NCBI GenBank assembly: GCA_965223155.1
Contig: CBDCVR010000013.1
Location: 1-64,000 of the forward strand
DNA: 64,000 bases
Reading direction: 5' to 3'
Source of the DNA: Candidatus Multivoradales bacterium
GTDB taxonomy: Bacteria; Acidobacteriota; Thermoanaerobaculia; Multivoradales; JAHEKO01
In this document: piece after piece, positions 1 to 9,380 of the stretch
Position numbering within the stretch: the stretch's first letter is position 1
How the letters are laid out: the number at the start of each line of letters is the position of its first letter
Made by a program: the position numbers and the translations under genes
Notes under the pieces: generated by a model
The model's input: the letters and a program-made list of their open reading frames with translations, nothing else
Told to the model about the DNA's origin: nothing
Database searches by the model: none

Positions 1-328
1 TCGACGCCGCCGGATTCAGCCCAGACGATCGGCATCGGTTGTCTCCTTACGGGCGCGACGCGTGCTGTCGAGGTCGGTCGCGGCAGAGGCCACGGCTCGG
101 CGCCGGAGAGGGTTCCGTGCGGGATCTTTCTGACCGCTCTCCTTGAAGATCTCTAGCCGCTGGAACAACGCTGTGAAATCTTGGTTCGTGGTGCTGATGG
201 CGACTGGACCTGGCCTCTGCGGGGCTGCGAGGGAGGCTAGCACACGCTCCGGCTCGTCCAGTTTCGGAGTCGAGGGGACATCGGACGGTGGCGTCGAGCT
301 TCCGCTTGAGTCGTTCGTGCGCCTCGGA

Positions 329-2257
329 TCAGGAACCGGGTTCCAGCAGAGAAGCCAGGCGCTCGAAGGTCTCGAGCGAGTCGGCGAGTCCTCCAGGCCG
401 GTTCCGTTCGAGCCACAGAACGCGCCGCCTCGAGGCGAGCGCGCGGGCGCGCTCGGCGAGCTCGCTTCGGGGCCCTTCCGGCAGCGCCGGGATCGCTGCC
501 GTGGGCGCCTCCAGCCGCATTCGGCCCATCGTAGCCGCCAGCGCCACGGCGTCGGCGGTCCAGCCGATCTCCGCGCGGGTTTGGTTGATCTCGTTGGGGC
601 CCTGTTCGTCCTCCGAGCTCCCATCGCCCGGAGCCGCCGCGGCGGCGAGCTCGAGGGCGCGGACTGCGGCCCGTTCGAGACCGTCGCTCGTCATGCCGCG
701 GTAGCGAGGGTGGTCGAGGCCGTCGCCGGGCGAGCCGAGCAGGTGGAACAGGGCGGTTCCGTTCTTCTGGGTGGCGCCCGTCTCCCGGTAGAGGTCGCCC
801 AGCTCTAGGAGCAGGGATCCGAGTCCGGAACCGGCTTGGCCGAGTACGTAACGGTCCACCGCGGCTGCCCAGTCCGGTCGCTCGGCGCCGCCGGCGTGCG
901 CGCCGTTCCAGGCCTGGCCCGCCGCCGCGACCAGAGCCGGATACGAGCTCGACAACGTCTGGAGATGGCCGCGGTCGCCCCATTCGGTCAGGAGGTAGCC
1001 GGTGGCGCCGGCGGCGCTACCGGCCTGTGCCGCCTGTTCGAGATTGGCCAGGGCGTTGCCGGTCCGTCCGGCGAGGCTCAGCCAGGTGGACGTGCCCGGG
1101 CAGACGTAGAGCGGGTTGGGAAGCTCGGCCAGAGTTGCCGCTTCGTCTTCGAACGGATGCCCGTCCTCGTAGCCCCAGAGGCAGAGCGTCACGTCCGGGG
1201 CAAGGCTCTCCAGGATGTCGCGATGCTTGAGCGGCATGTCGGCCCAGATCTGGAGGCTCCGGCCGTGCCGCCGGGCGAGGCCGCGGATCTGGTTCAGGAA
1301 GTTGGTCCAGACCGTCCCCAGCCCCTCGCGCTGGCAGCGCTCCCGGGAGCGCCCCCGGCCGATCTCGAAGGTCTCATCGAAGCCGGCGTGGAGGCGCCGG
1401 CTCGAGAAGTTGGGCAGGAGCTCCTCGTAGAGAGCCGCCATGAACTCGACTGCGGCCGGGTCGGTGGGGCACAGGCTGAAAGGCTCGATGGCGTTGCTGA
1501 ACGGATGCTCGATGCCGTCCGGACATTCGGCCAGGTGCCGGTAGCGTTCGTGCCGGAGCCAGCGGTGCAGATGCCCGAAGCTGTTCTGGTTCGGCACGAG
1601 CTCGATGCCGTGGCTCCGGCAGAACGCATCCAGCCGCCGGATCTCGTCTCCGGTCAGGGGATCGGCGTCGCGCCACACGGTCTCGTGCTCGCGGTAGGCG
1701 AAGGTGTGCTCCATGTAGAGCTGGAGCTGGTTGTACTTGAGGTCGGCCAGGACCTCGACCAGGCGGAAGAGTGTCTCGAGGGTCGGGACCTTGTTGCGGC
1801 TGACGTCCAGGAGCAGGCCGCGCTCGGCGAAGTCCGGCCGGTCGCGGATCTCGACCCGGCCCACCGCCAGGGGCTCGGTGGCGGAGGTCGATTCGAGTGG
1901 CGCGCCGCCGGCGTCGGCGGGCGACCGGTGGAGGTCGATCCAATGGGCCAGGGTTACCGCGCCGTGCCGGAACCCGGCGGCGTCGGCGGCGCGCAGGCGG
2001 ACGTCCCCTTCGGTTACGGTGAGCTCATACCCCTGCTCGGGTTGCTCTGAGTCGAGGGTCAGCTCGAGCGTGGGAGCCGTTGCCGCGGCCTCGGCAGGCG
2101 CCCGGTAGCTCGCCAGCCGCCGCTCGGCTCCCTGGACTAGAGTCTCGGGCGCTCCGAGGACCGGGCGCAAGCCGGACAGGCGGAGCGTTCCTTGCCGGGG
2201 AACCGCTGTTCTGGGTCTAGGGACCAGCGCGCGGAGACGCTCGGTGGAGGCGGTCAA
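329..2257 (-). CDS. Glycoside hydrolase family 20 (beta-N-acetylhexosaminidase-like)
   Basis: RGLLLDVSR, YNQLQLYMEH, IELVPNQNSFGH and HAGFDE (catalytic DE pair) motifs. ORF track starts at 2488, but that overlaps the divergent gene; TTG at 2257 is a more plausible, uncertain start. Confidence 0.85.
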   Translation of the reverse strand: MTASTERLRALVPRPRTAVPRQGTLRLSGLRPVLGAPETLVQGAERRLASYRAPAEAAATAPTLELTLDSEQPEQGYELTVTEGDVRLRAADAAGFRHGAVTLAHWIDLHRSPADAGGAPLESTSATEPLAVGRVEIRDRPDFAERGLLLDVSRNKVPTLETLFRLVEVLADLKYNQLQLYMEHTFAYREHETVWRDADPLTGDEIRRLDAFCRSHGIELVPNQNSFGHLHRWLRHERYRHLAECPDGIEHPFSNAIEPFSLCPTDPAAVEFMAALYEELLPNFSSRRLHAGFDETFEIGRGRSRERCQREGLGTVWTNFLNQIRGLARRHGRSLQIWADMPLKHRDILESLAPDVTLCLWGYEDGHPFEDEAATLAELPNPLYVCPGTSTWLSLAGRTGNALANLEQAAQAGSAAGATGYLLTEWGDRGHLQTLSSSYPALVAAAGQAWNGAHAGGAERPDWAAAVDRYVLGQAGSGLGSLLLELGDLYRETGATQKNGTALFHLLGSPGDGLDHPRYRGMTSDGLERAAVRALELAAAAAPGDGSSEDEQGPNEINQTRAEIGWTADAVALAATMGRMRLEAPTAAIPALPEGPRSELAERARALASRRRVLWLERNRPGGLADSLETFERLASLLEPGS

Positions 2258-2366
2258 CGGCGAGGCACGGAGGAGGTGGCGCGGGCGCGGCCGGCCGCGA
2301 GCGGCGGGGCGTGGAACACGCTCGGAGCTTAGCAGTCGGGTCGTGGGAGTGCGGTAGTCTTGCCCC

Positions 2367-3719
2367 ATGTCCGAGCTTGTCCTGATCGTCGATGACGAAC
2401 CCGGCATCCTGACCTCGCTGGCCAACGTGCTGGGCGATGAAGGCTTCCGCACGGTATGCACGGCGAGTGGAGCCGAAGCGCTCGACATCTACCGGCGCGA
2501 GCGTCCGGACGTGGTCTTTCTGGACGTCTGGCTGCCGGACCGGGACGGGCTCGAGACCTTGCAGTCCCTGCGTCTGGAGGATCCCACCGCCGCGGTCATC
2601 ATGATGTCGGGCCACGGCACCGCCTCGACCGCGGTCAAGGCGATCAAGATGGGGGCGCTCGACTACGTCGAAAAGCCGCTCTCGTACAACCAGGCGGTGC
2701 GCTCGGTGCAGGGAGCGCTCGAGTACCGGAGCTCGCTGACCCGGGATCAATCGCTGCTGGCGGCCGAAAGCCGGCCCGACCAGCGGCTGGCCGGCGACCA
2801 TTCCTTCGATCCGCCCGACGTGCCCTTGCTCGAGACCACCGACGTGCCCCAGCGCACCATCGCCCAGAACACCGTGCTCTACGGCCTCGGGCTCCACTCG
2901 GGCTCCCGCACCGGGATGGTGATCCAACCCTTGCCCCCGGATTCGGGCATCCACTTCGTGACCCTGCCGACCGACGACCACATCCCCGCGTTCGTGGGCT
3001 CGGTGGCCGAGACCTCCTACGCCACGACCTTGAGCTCGAGCCAGGTCGAGATCAAGACGGTCGAGCACTTCCTGTCGGCGTGCCACGCCCTGGGAGTGAC
3101 CAACGTCTTGGTCAAGGTCCACGGCGAGCTGCCGGTGCTGGATGGTTCATCGATCGAGTTCTGCCGCACCCTGGCGGAAACCGGCCTGGTCGACCAGGGC
3201 GTCAACCGCCGGGAGGTGGTGATCGACCGGACCTACACGGTCGAAGGCGACGGCGGCAAGCTGCTGACACTCGAGCCCGCGGACGGCTTCTCGGTCTCCT
3301 ACCAGCTCGACTATCCGCCGCCGGTGGGGGAGCAGAGCTACGACTACGGACCGCTCGAAGCCGGGTCCTACGAGCGGGAGATCGCTCCCGCTCGCACCTT
3401 CGGCTTCGTCAAGGATCTGGAAATGATGCGCGAGCTGGGCTTGGGCACCGGCGGCCGCTTCGACAACTGCATCCTGGTAGGCGAAGACGACGTCATCAAC
3501 ACGGAACTGCGCTTCCCGGACGAGTTCGTGCGCCACAAGATTCTGGACGTCATCGGGGACCTGTTTCTGCTCGGCTACCCGGTGCGCGGCAAGGTGACGG
3601 CGCATCGCACCGGCCACCGCGACAACATCGAGATCCTGCGCCGGGTGCTGGCCGCCAACGGTGCCGTGCTCCAACCGGCCGGCGCCGCCGACGTCGAGAA
3701 CGCCCGCGAGGACGCCTGA
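2367..3719 (+). CDS. lpxC: Fusion of N-terminal response-regulator receiver domain and UDP-3-O-acyl-GlcNAc deacetylase LpxC
   Basis: Receiver motifs LIVDDE, FLDVWLPD, MMSGHG, EKP in aa ~1-120. LpxC motifs QRTI..GLGLHSG, TVEHFLSA, ELPVLDGSS, ARTFGF, RFPDEFVRHKILD and TGHRDN follow, with no stop between the domains. Confidence 0.92.
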   Translation: MSELVLIVDDEPGILTSLANVLGDEGFRTVCTASGAEALDIYRRERPDVVFLDVWLPDRDGLETLQSLRLEDPTAAVIMMSGHGTASTAVKAIKMGALDYVEKPLSYNQAVRSVQGALEYRSSLTRDQSLLAAESRPDQRLAGDHSFDPPDVPLLETTDVPQRTIAQNTVLYGLGLHSGSRTGMVIQPLPPDSGIHFVTLPTDDHIPAFVGSVAETSYATTLSSSQVEIKTVEHFLSACHALGVTNVLVKVHGELPVLDGSSIEFCRTLAETGLVDQGVNRREVVIDRTYTVEGDGGKLLTLEPADGFSVSYQLDYPPPVGEQSYDYGPLEAGSYEREIAPARTFGFVKDLEMMRELGLGTGGRFDNCILVGEDDVINTELRFPDEFVRHKILDVIGDLFLLGYPVRGKVTAHRTGHRDNIEILRRVLAANGAVLQPAGAADVENAREDA

Positions 3720-3722
3720 CCG

Positions 3723-6185
3723 ATGGAGGTGCGCAAGCAGGACCGGCCCGAGCCGGCCGCTCAGTTCACCGCCGAAAGCATCGTCGGCGACTACCGCCTG
3801 GCCGTGCGCAGCCGCGAGGCCAGCCTGCTCGGCCGGCGCGAGGTGTTCTCGGGCAAGGCCAAGTTCGGCATCTTTGGTGACGGCAAGGAAGTGGCCCAGG
3901 TGGCCCTGGCCCGCGCCTTTCGGCCGGGCGACGTCCGCAGCGGCTACTACCGGGACCAGACGCTGCTGATGGCCCTGGGCGTGCTCACCGTCGAGCAGCT
4001 CTTCGCCCAGCTGTACGCCGATCCCGACCCGAAGCGAGAGCCGGCCTCGGGCGGGCGTCAGATGACGGCCCATTTCGCCACCCACTTCCTGGACGAGACC
4101 GGCGCCTGGACCCGGCTGGTGGACGCGGTTCATTCCTCGGCGGACGTGTCGCCGACCGGATCCCAGATGCCGCGTCTGGTCGGACTGGCCCAGGCGTCGC
4201 GCCTCTACCGCGATCTCGAGGGGCTAGAGGACTTCGACGGCTTCTCGCGCAATGGCGACGAGATCGCCTTTGGCACCATCGGCAACGCCAGTTGCGCCGA
4301 GGGCTTGTTCTGGGAGTCGATCAACGCGGCCGGGGTCCTGCGGGCTCCGATGCTGCTGTCGATCTGGGACGACGGTTTCGGGATCTCGGTGCCCAACGAG
4401 CTTCAGGTCACCAAGGGCGATCTCTCGGAGTTGCTGCGTGGCTTCCGCCGCGGTCCGGGAGAGGCGTCCGGATTCGATCTCTATACCTGCAAGGGCTGGG
4501 ACTACGCGGCCCTGTGCGAGACCTATCTCAACGCCGCCGAGATCGTCCGGCGCGAGCATGTGCCGGCGATCGTTCACGTGCGCGAGGTCACCCAGCCGCA
4601 GGGACACTCGACCTCGGGCAGCCACGAGCGCTACAAGTCGCCCGAGCGGTTGGCCTGGGAAGACGAGTACGACTGCATCAAGCGCATGCGCGCCTGGATG
4701 ATCGAGCAGGGAATCGCCGGCGCCGACGCCCTTGACGAGGTCGAGGCCGAAGAGCGCAAGTCGGTCCGCGAGGCCCAGCGCCGGGCCTGGGACGCCTTCC
4801 GGTCCGAGGTCGAGACCGAGCGAGAGGAAGCGCTCTCGCTGGTGGTTCCGGTCCGGGAGGCGGCCGGCGACTCCGAGGCCCTGGCCTCGATCGAGACGGC
4901 ACTCCGGCGCCAGCCCAACCTGGCCCGCCGCGATCTCCTGAGCGCGGCCGCCGAGGTCCTGGTGTTGACCCAGGGCGACGCCGGCCCCGAGCGCGCCCGG
5001 CTGGCGGCGTGGCACCGGAGCCATCATCAGGCCGGGCTCGAGCGCTACGGCTCGGATCTCTACGCCGAGGGCGCGCGCTCCGCCCTGGCGGTGCCTCCGG
5101 TTGCCGCCGAGTATTCGGAACGGGGCGCCGAAGCGGGTGAAGCCGGTGGAGGCAGCGCCTCCGAGACCGCCCGTGAGGTCAACGGCTTCGAGATTCTGAA
5201 TGCCTGCTTCGACCAGGCCCTGGCCCGCTATCCCAACCTGGTGGCCTTCGGCGAGGACGTGGGCAAGCTGGGCGACGTCAACCAGGGCATGGCCGGCTTG
5301 CAGGAGAAGTACGGCGAGCTGCGCGTCGCGGACACCGGCATTCGCGAGGCCACGATCCTGGGCCAGGCCATCGGGCTGGCGATGCGGGGCTTTCGGCCCA
5401 TCGCCGAGATTCAGTACCTGGACTACCTGCTCTACGCGCTACAGATCCTGTCCGACGATCTGGCGACCCTGCGCTGGCGTACCCGGGCGCGGCAGTGCGC
5501 GCCGGTCATCGTGCGCACTCGCGGTCACCGGCTCGAGGGAATCTGGCACTCGGGCTCGGAGATGGGCGGCATCTTGAACCTCATCCGAGGCATGTACCTG
5601 TGCGTGCCGCGCAACATGACCCAAGCCGCGGGCATGTACAACACCCTGCTCCAGGCCGACGATCCGGCACTGGTGGTCGAGGTGCTGAACGGCTACCGGG
5701 CGAAGGAAGCCCTGCCGGCCAACGTGGGCGAGTTCACCGTGCCCCTGGGCGTGCCCGAGGTCCTGCGCGCCGGAAGCGATGTCACGCTGGTGACCTACGG
5801 TGCCTGCTGCAAGATCGCGCTGGCGGCGAGCTCTCTCTTGGAGCACGCGGGCATCGATGTCGAGGTGATCGACGTCCAGACCCTGCTGCCGTTCGATTGC
5901 GGCTCTGAGATCAAGACTTCGCTCGAGAAGACCGGGCACATCGTGTTCGTGGACGAGGACGTGCCGGGCGGCGCCACCGCCTACATGATGCAGCAGGCGC
6001 TGATCGAGCAGGGCGGATTCGACTGGCTGGACGCCGAGCCCGTACTGGTCTCCGGCAAGGCCCATCGTCCGCCCTACGGTTCGGACGGCGACTACTTCGC
6101 CAAGCCTAGCCGCGAGGCGATCTTCGAGGCCGTCTACGGCCTCATGCACCGGAGCGATCCGGCCCGGTTCCCCGAGTTTTCCTGA
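3723..6185 (+). CDS. 2-oxoacid (branched-chain type) dehydrogenase E1, fused alpha+beta subunits
   Basis: Alpha-like motifs GYYRDQ, GNASCAEG, GHSTSG; beta-like FGEDVG, DTGIRE, RPIAEIQY and transketolase C-terminal EVIDVQTL. Confidence 0.9.
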   Translation: MEVRKQDRPEPAAQFTAESIVGDYRLAVRSREASLLGRREVFSGKAKFGIFGDGKEVAQVALARAFRPGDVRSGYYRDQTLLMALGVLTVEQLFAQLYADPDPKREPASGGRQMTAHFATHFLDETGAWTRLVDAVHSSADVSPTGSQMPRLVGLAQASRLYRDLEGLEDFDGFSRNGDEIAFGTIGNASCAEGLFWESINAAGVLRAPMLLSIWDDGFGISVPNELQVTKGDLSELLRGFRRGPGEASGFDLYTCKGWDYAALCETYLNAAEIVRREHVPAIVHVREVTQPQGHSTSGSHERYKSPERLAWEDEYDCIKRMRAWMIEQGIAGADALDEVEAEERKSVREAQRRAWDAFRSEVETEREEALSLVVPVREAAGDSEALASIETALRRQPNLARRDLLSAAAEVLVLTQGDAGPERARLAAWHRSHHQAGLERYGSDLYAEGARSALAVPPVAAEYSERGAEAGEAGGGSASETAREVNGFEILNACFDQALARYPNLVAFGEDVGKLGDVNQGMAGLQEKYGELRVADTGIREATILGQAIGLAMRGFRPIAEIQYLDYLLYALQILSDDLATLRWRTRARQCAPVIVRTRGHRLEGIWHSGSEMGGILNLIRGMYLCVPRNMTQAAGMYNTLLQADDPALVVEVLNGYRAKEALPANVGEFTVPLGVPEVLRAGSDVTLVTYGACCKIALAASSLLEHAGIDVEVIDVQTLLPFDCGSEIKTSLEKTGHIVFVDEDVPGGATAYMMQQALIEQGGFDWLDAEPVLVSGKAHRPPYGSDGDYFAKPSREAIFEAVYGLMHRSDPARFPEFS

Positions 6186-6188
6186 AGG

Positions 6189-6731
6189 CTAGAGAAACCC
6201 GAGCTGGAGCTTGGCGGCTTCGGTCATCATGTTCTGGTTCCAGGGCGGATCCAGCACGATCTCGACGTTGGCCCGCTCTACGTCCGGAAGCTCTTCGATT
6301 CGGGTCACGACGTCGTGGGCCAGGACCGGACCCATGCCGCAGCCGGGCGCCGTCAAGGTCATCTTGACCGCGACCTTGGCCGCTTGCGCCGCGCTCTCGT
6401 CGATGGCGCAGTCGTAGACCAGGCCCAGGTCCACGATATTGACCGGAATCTCCGGGTCGTAGCAGCGCTTCATCTGCGCCCACACCCGATCTTCCAGCGG
6501 CCCCTCGGAGAGCTCTTCGGTCAGGTCCGGCGGCGGCTCCTTGCCGAGCGCGTCGGCGTTCTTCTGGTCGATGCGAAACATGGCGCCGCGATCGGTCATG
6601 ACCGTGTAGCTGCCGCCGAGCTGCTGGGTGATCCAGACCTCCTCGCCCTCGGGAATGACGATGTCGATGCCGTCCGGGATCTGGACGGCGTCGACCTCAC
6701 GATGGGTCCGGGTTCGTTCGTGCGAGTACAT
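6189..6731 (-). CDS. sufT: Putative Fe-S cluster assembly protein SufT (PaaD/DUF59 family)
   Basis: ITQQLGGSYTV N-terminal extension, CYDPEIPVNIVDLGLVY, MTLTAPGCGMG, DPPW. Confidence 0.9.
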   Translation of the reverse strand: MYSHERTRTHREVDAVQIPDGIDIVIPEGEEVWITQQLGGSYTVMTDRGAMFRIDQKNADALGKEPPPDLTEELSEGPLEDRVWAQMKRCYDPEIPVNIVDLGLVYDCAIDESAAQAAKVAVKMTLTAPGCGMGPVLAHDVVTRIEELPDVERANVEIVLDPPWNQNMMTEAAKLQLGFL

Positions 6732-6814
6732 GGCGTCTCCTGGAAGTTCGCCCGCCTGGACGGGGAGCGATTATAGCCAGCGCTTGGGGGACTCCGGCGC
6801 TTCCGGACCGGGTC

Positions 6815-8071
6815 CTACGGAGTGCTGGTGCGCCCCAGCGGCCGGGCCGGCTCTTCGTCGGCCTGGTAGCCCGATTCCCGAAGCGCGGACAAGATCTCTT
6901 CGACGTGCCGGCGATTCTTGGTGCCGAGGGTCAGCTCCGCCTCCACCTGCCAGACGGATTCGAGCGAGAAGGATCGCTCGTGGTGCACGCTCATGACGTT
7001 GGCCTCGAGCTCGCCGATCCGGGCGAGAAGGCCGGCGAGAGCGCCCGGGCGGTCGCCGATCGTGACTCGCAGCCGCACCAGGCGAGCCTCCCGGACCAGC
7101 GCCCGCTCCACGATGCGTTGGAGCACGTTGGGGTCGATGTTGCCGCCGCTGACGACCGCGACGACGCGGCTATCGGGCTCGAGCCCGGCGACGCGGCCGG
7201 CCAGCAAGGCGGCGAGGGTGGCCGCTCCGGCGCCTTCGGCCAGGAGCTTGGCCGAGGCCAGCAGGCTGTAGATTGCCTCTTCGATCTCGGCTTCGGTCAC
7301 CAGCACGACCTCGGAGACCAGCTCCTGGAGGATCGGGAAGGTCAAGCGTCCGGGATGCTTGATCGCGATGCCCTCGGCCAGAGTCGGCGCGCAAGTGACC
7401 GGCTGGATCGAGCCGGCCTCGAGACTGCTGTGCATCGAAGGCGCCGAAGCGGTCTGAACGCCCACGATCCGGGCCGTGGGGTTGGCGTGGGCGAGGGCGG
7501 TGGCGAGGCCGGCGATGAGGCCCCCACCGCCGATCGGCACCACCACGACGTCGGCGTTCGGGACCTGGTCGTGGATCTCCAGGCCGACCGTGCCCTGTCC
7601 GGCCATGACGTCGAGATCGTCAAAGGCCGAGACGAACTCGAGATCTCGCTCGGTGGCGAGCTCGAGGGCGCGCTGGTAGGCGTCGTGGAACGAAAGGCCC
7701 GCGCGGAGAACCTCTGCGCCCAGGTCGCGGGTGCGGGCGATCTTGACCCTGGGGGTGTCCTCGGGCATGACGATGGTTGCCGCCATGCCCACGTGGCGGG
7801 CGGCGTAGGCGATGCCCTGCGCGTGATTGCCCGCCGAGGCCGCGACCACGCCGGCCGACGGATTCTCGGCCTCGAGCCGGATCAGCCGGTTGAGCGCTCC
7901 GCGCGTCTTGAAGGATCCGGTCTCCTGCAGACTCTCGCACTTGAGGTAGAGCGAGCAGCCACAGCGCTGAGAAAGCTGCCGGGCCGGAAGGCACGGCGTG
8001 GCCTCAAGAACACCGGAGATCCGGTCCCGAGCGGCGGCGAGATCCGACCGTTCGAGTGACATGGAGGTCAC
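6815..8071 (-). CDS. ilvA: Threonine ammonia-lyase with C-terminal ACT domain
   Basis: TGSFKTRGA PLP-lysine motif, ASAGNHAQG, PIGGGGL, SGGNID, DRPGAL ACT motif; start 8071 (GTG) or 8062 (ATG). Confidence 0.9.
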   Translation of the reverse strand: MTSMSLERSDLAAARDRISGVLEATPCLPARQLSQRCGCSLYLKCESLQETGSFKTRGALNRLIRLEAENPSAGVVAASAGNHAQGIAYAARHVGMAATIVMPEDTPRVKIARTRDLGAEVLRAGLSFHDAYQRALELATERDLEFVSAFDDLDVMAGQGTVGLEIHDQVPNADVVVVPIGGGGLIAGLATALAHANPTARIVGVQTASAPSMHSSLEAGSIQPVTCAPTLAEGIAIKHPGRLTFPILQELVSEVVLVTEAEIEEAIYSLLASAKLLAEGAGAATLAALLAGRVAGLEPDSRVVAVVSGGNIDPNVLQRIVERALVREARLVRLRVTIGDRPGALAGLLARIGELEANVMSVHHERSFSLESVWQVEAELTLGTKNRRHVEEILSALRESGYQADEEPARPLGRTSTP

Positions 8072-8122
8072 ACCTCTCGAAAATTCTCGAAAGTTTTTGT
8101 CAGAAACCGGGTGCCGGCGGAA

Positions 8123-8128
8123 ATTATA
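8123..8128 (-). promoter_or_regulatory. Possible sigma70 -10 element for ilvA
   Basis: TATAAT on the minus strand in an AT-rich patch ~50 bp upstream of the ilvA start; no clear -35. Confidence 0.3.
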
Positions 8129-8152
8129 TAAGTGAAGAGCAGGAAAAATGGT

Positions 8153-8306
8153 GGTGCCGGGAGGTCCCGATCCCGGTTGGCTGAAACATCTGGTCTACCC
8201 CTGTAGAAGGGGAGCTTGGATAGATGTTTAAAGCGTGGTTGAGCTTCTCTCTCACGACGAGAGGGATGGGAAATGGTTGGTGGGCGAGACCTCCCGTTAA
8301 TGCACC
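8153..8306 (+). ncRNA. Candidate structured non-coding RNA (family not recognised)
   Basis: Intergenic. Closing stem GGTGC/CGGGAGGTC (8153-8166) pairs with GACCTCCCG/GCACC (8288-8306). Inner hairpins AAACATCT..CCCCT/AGGGG..AGATGTTT (8184-8229) and 8246-8266. G-U pairs favour the + strand. Confidence 0.45.
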
Positions 8307-8510
8307 TCAAAGAACCGCCGGAGTGATCGGTCGATCATCCCGTGGGCGAACTGTACCCTAAGTTCCAGCCAGGGCCAAGAAGAAATCGTTTGGTAACGCA
8401 CGGGCCCTCGGCGTGCGCCAGCCAGAGTCGGGATGAGACGCAGGAACCGCTTCGGCCTCGAGCCCGGTCGCGCCGCGCCGGCGAGACCTCGGGGTGTTCG
8501 CGGTACCTGC

Positions 8511-9254
8511 CTACGGCGCCCGGTGGACGTCTTTGTAGTAGAGGTAGGTCGCCGGCTCGGTGCCGGTGGCGGCGAACCACTGCGGGCAGTACGGGGCCAT
8601 CCAGATCGTGTCGCCCTCGGCCACCCGGTACCAGCTCTCGCTCAGCCGGTAGACACCCTCGCCCTCGAGAAAGGTCAGGCCGTGTTCCATGACATGGACC
8701 TCGACCAGGGGCAGGGTGGCGCCCGCTTGAAAGCTGAAGACGTTGACGGCCATGTCGAAGCGAGGCTCTTCCGGCAGGAGGGTCCGAAGCTGCGCCCGCG
8801 GATCTCCCTGGAACGGCTCCGGGGGGACCTCGGCAACCTGGCCCGCAAGGCGCTCGGGGGCGCTCTCGGGATCCGAGGGATCGGCCGCGTAGGGCCGCTC
8901 GAAAACGATCAGCGAGGCCGGCCCCTGGGCTTCGAGGGTGTCTCCCAGGTCCGGTGGCAGGTAGGCAAAGGCCCCCGGTCCCAGCTCGGTCGAGCCCTCG
9001 CCGGTGCGGACCAGCACCTCGCCGGAGCGGACGTAGGCGAAGCGTTCGACTCCCGGTCGGGCCGGGGCCGAAGCTCCACCCGCCTCCAGGTGGGCCAGGT
9101 ACTGCGAGAAGCCCGCTCCCATGGCCGGCGAGATAAGCACGATTCCTTGCGTGTCTCGCCAGCCGGGCAAGGGCGCTTCGACGTGGCTGTCGGGCCCGAT
9201 GAGAGCGTGGTCGTGCCGGATCCGGCTCCGGGTTTCTCCGGTCAAAGACGTCAT
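8511..9254 (-). CDS. allE: (S)-ureidoglycine aminohydrolase (bicupin, AllE/YlbA family)
   Basis: FSQYL, ERFAYV, EVHVMEHGL, GDTIWMAPYCPQW, YLYYKDV; start trimmed from the 10496 ORF to ATG 9254 (alternative 9263). Confidence 0.88.
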   Translation of the reverse strand: MTSLTGETRSRIRHDHALIGPDSHVEAPLPGWRDTQGIVLISPAMGAGFSQYLAHLEAGGASAPARPGVERFAYVRSGEVLVRTGEGSTELGPGAFAYLPPDLGDTLEAQGPASLIVFERPYAADPSDPESAPERLAGQVAEVPPEPFQGDPRAQLRTLLPEEPRFDMAVNVFSFQAGATLPLVEVHVMEHGLTFLEGEGVYRLSESWYRVAEGDTIWMAPYCPQWFAATGTEPATYLYYKDVHRAP

Positions 9255-9380
9255 GGCGAGCATTCTATTCGGACCCGGTCCCGGGGCGGCTCCAGGAGGG
9301 CCCCGATCGAGGCCGGCCGAGTGCGAGTCGAGTTGGGTATCAGGCCTTCCGGGCCGAGAACGGTGGTAGCCTGCCGGGCC

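Noticed and set aside
16-808. ORFs 16..624 (-), 143..808 (+) and 237..983 (-)
   Set aside because: Overlap the GH20 gene, Arg/Pro/Ser-rich shadow composition, no motifs; a short real gene at 16-260 cannot be excluded but is unsupported.
3723-6185. E1 alpha-beta fusion as a novelty
   Set aside because: Fused E1 subunits are well known, e.g. in Bacteroidota and Chlamydiae.
8149-8160. tRNA-like 3' end (..CGGCACCACCA on the minus strand)
   Set aside because: No T-loop GTTCRA or cloverleaf upstream; treated as part of the candidate structured RNA instead.
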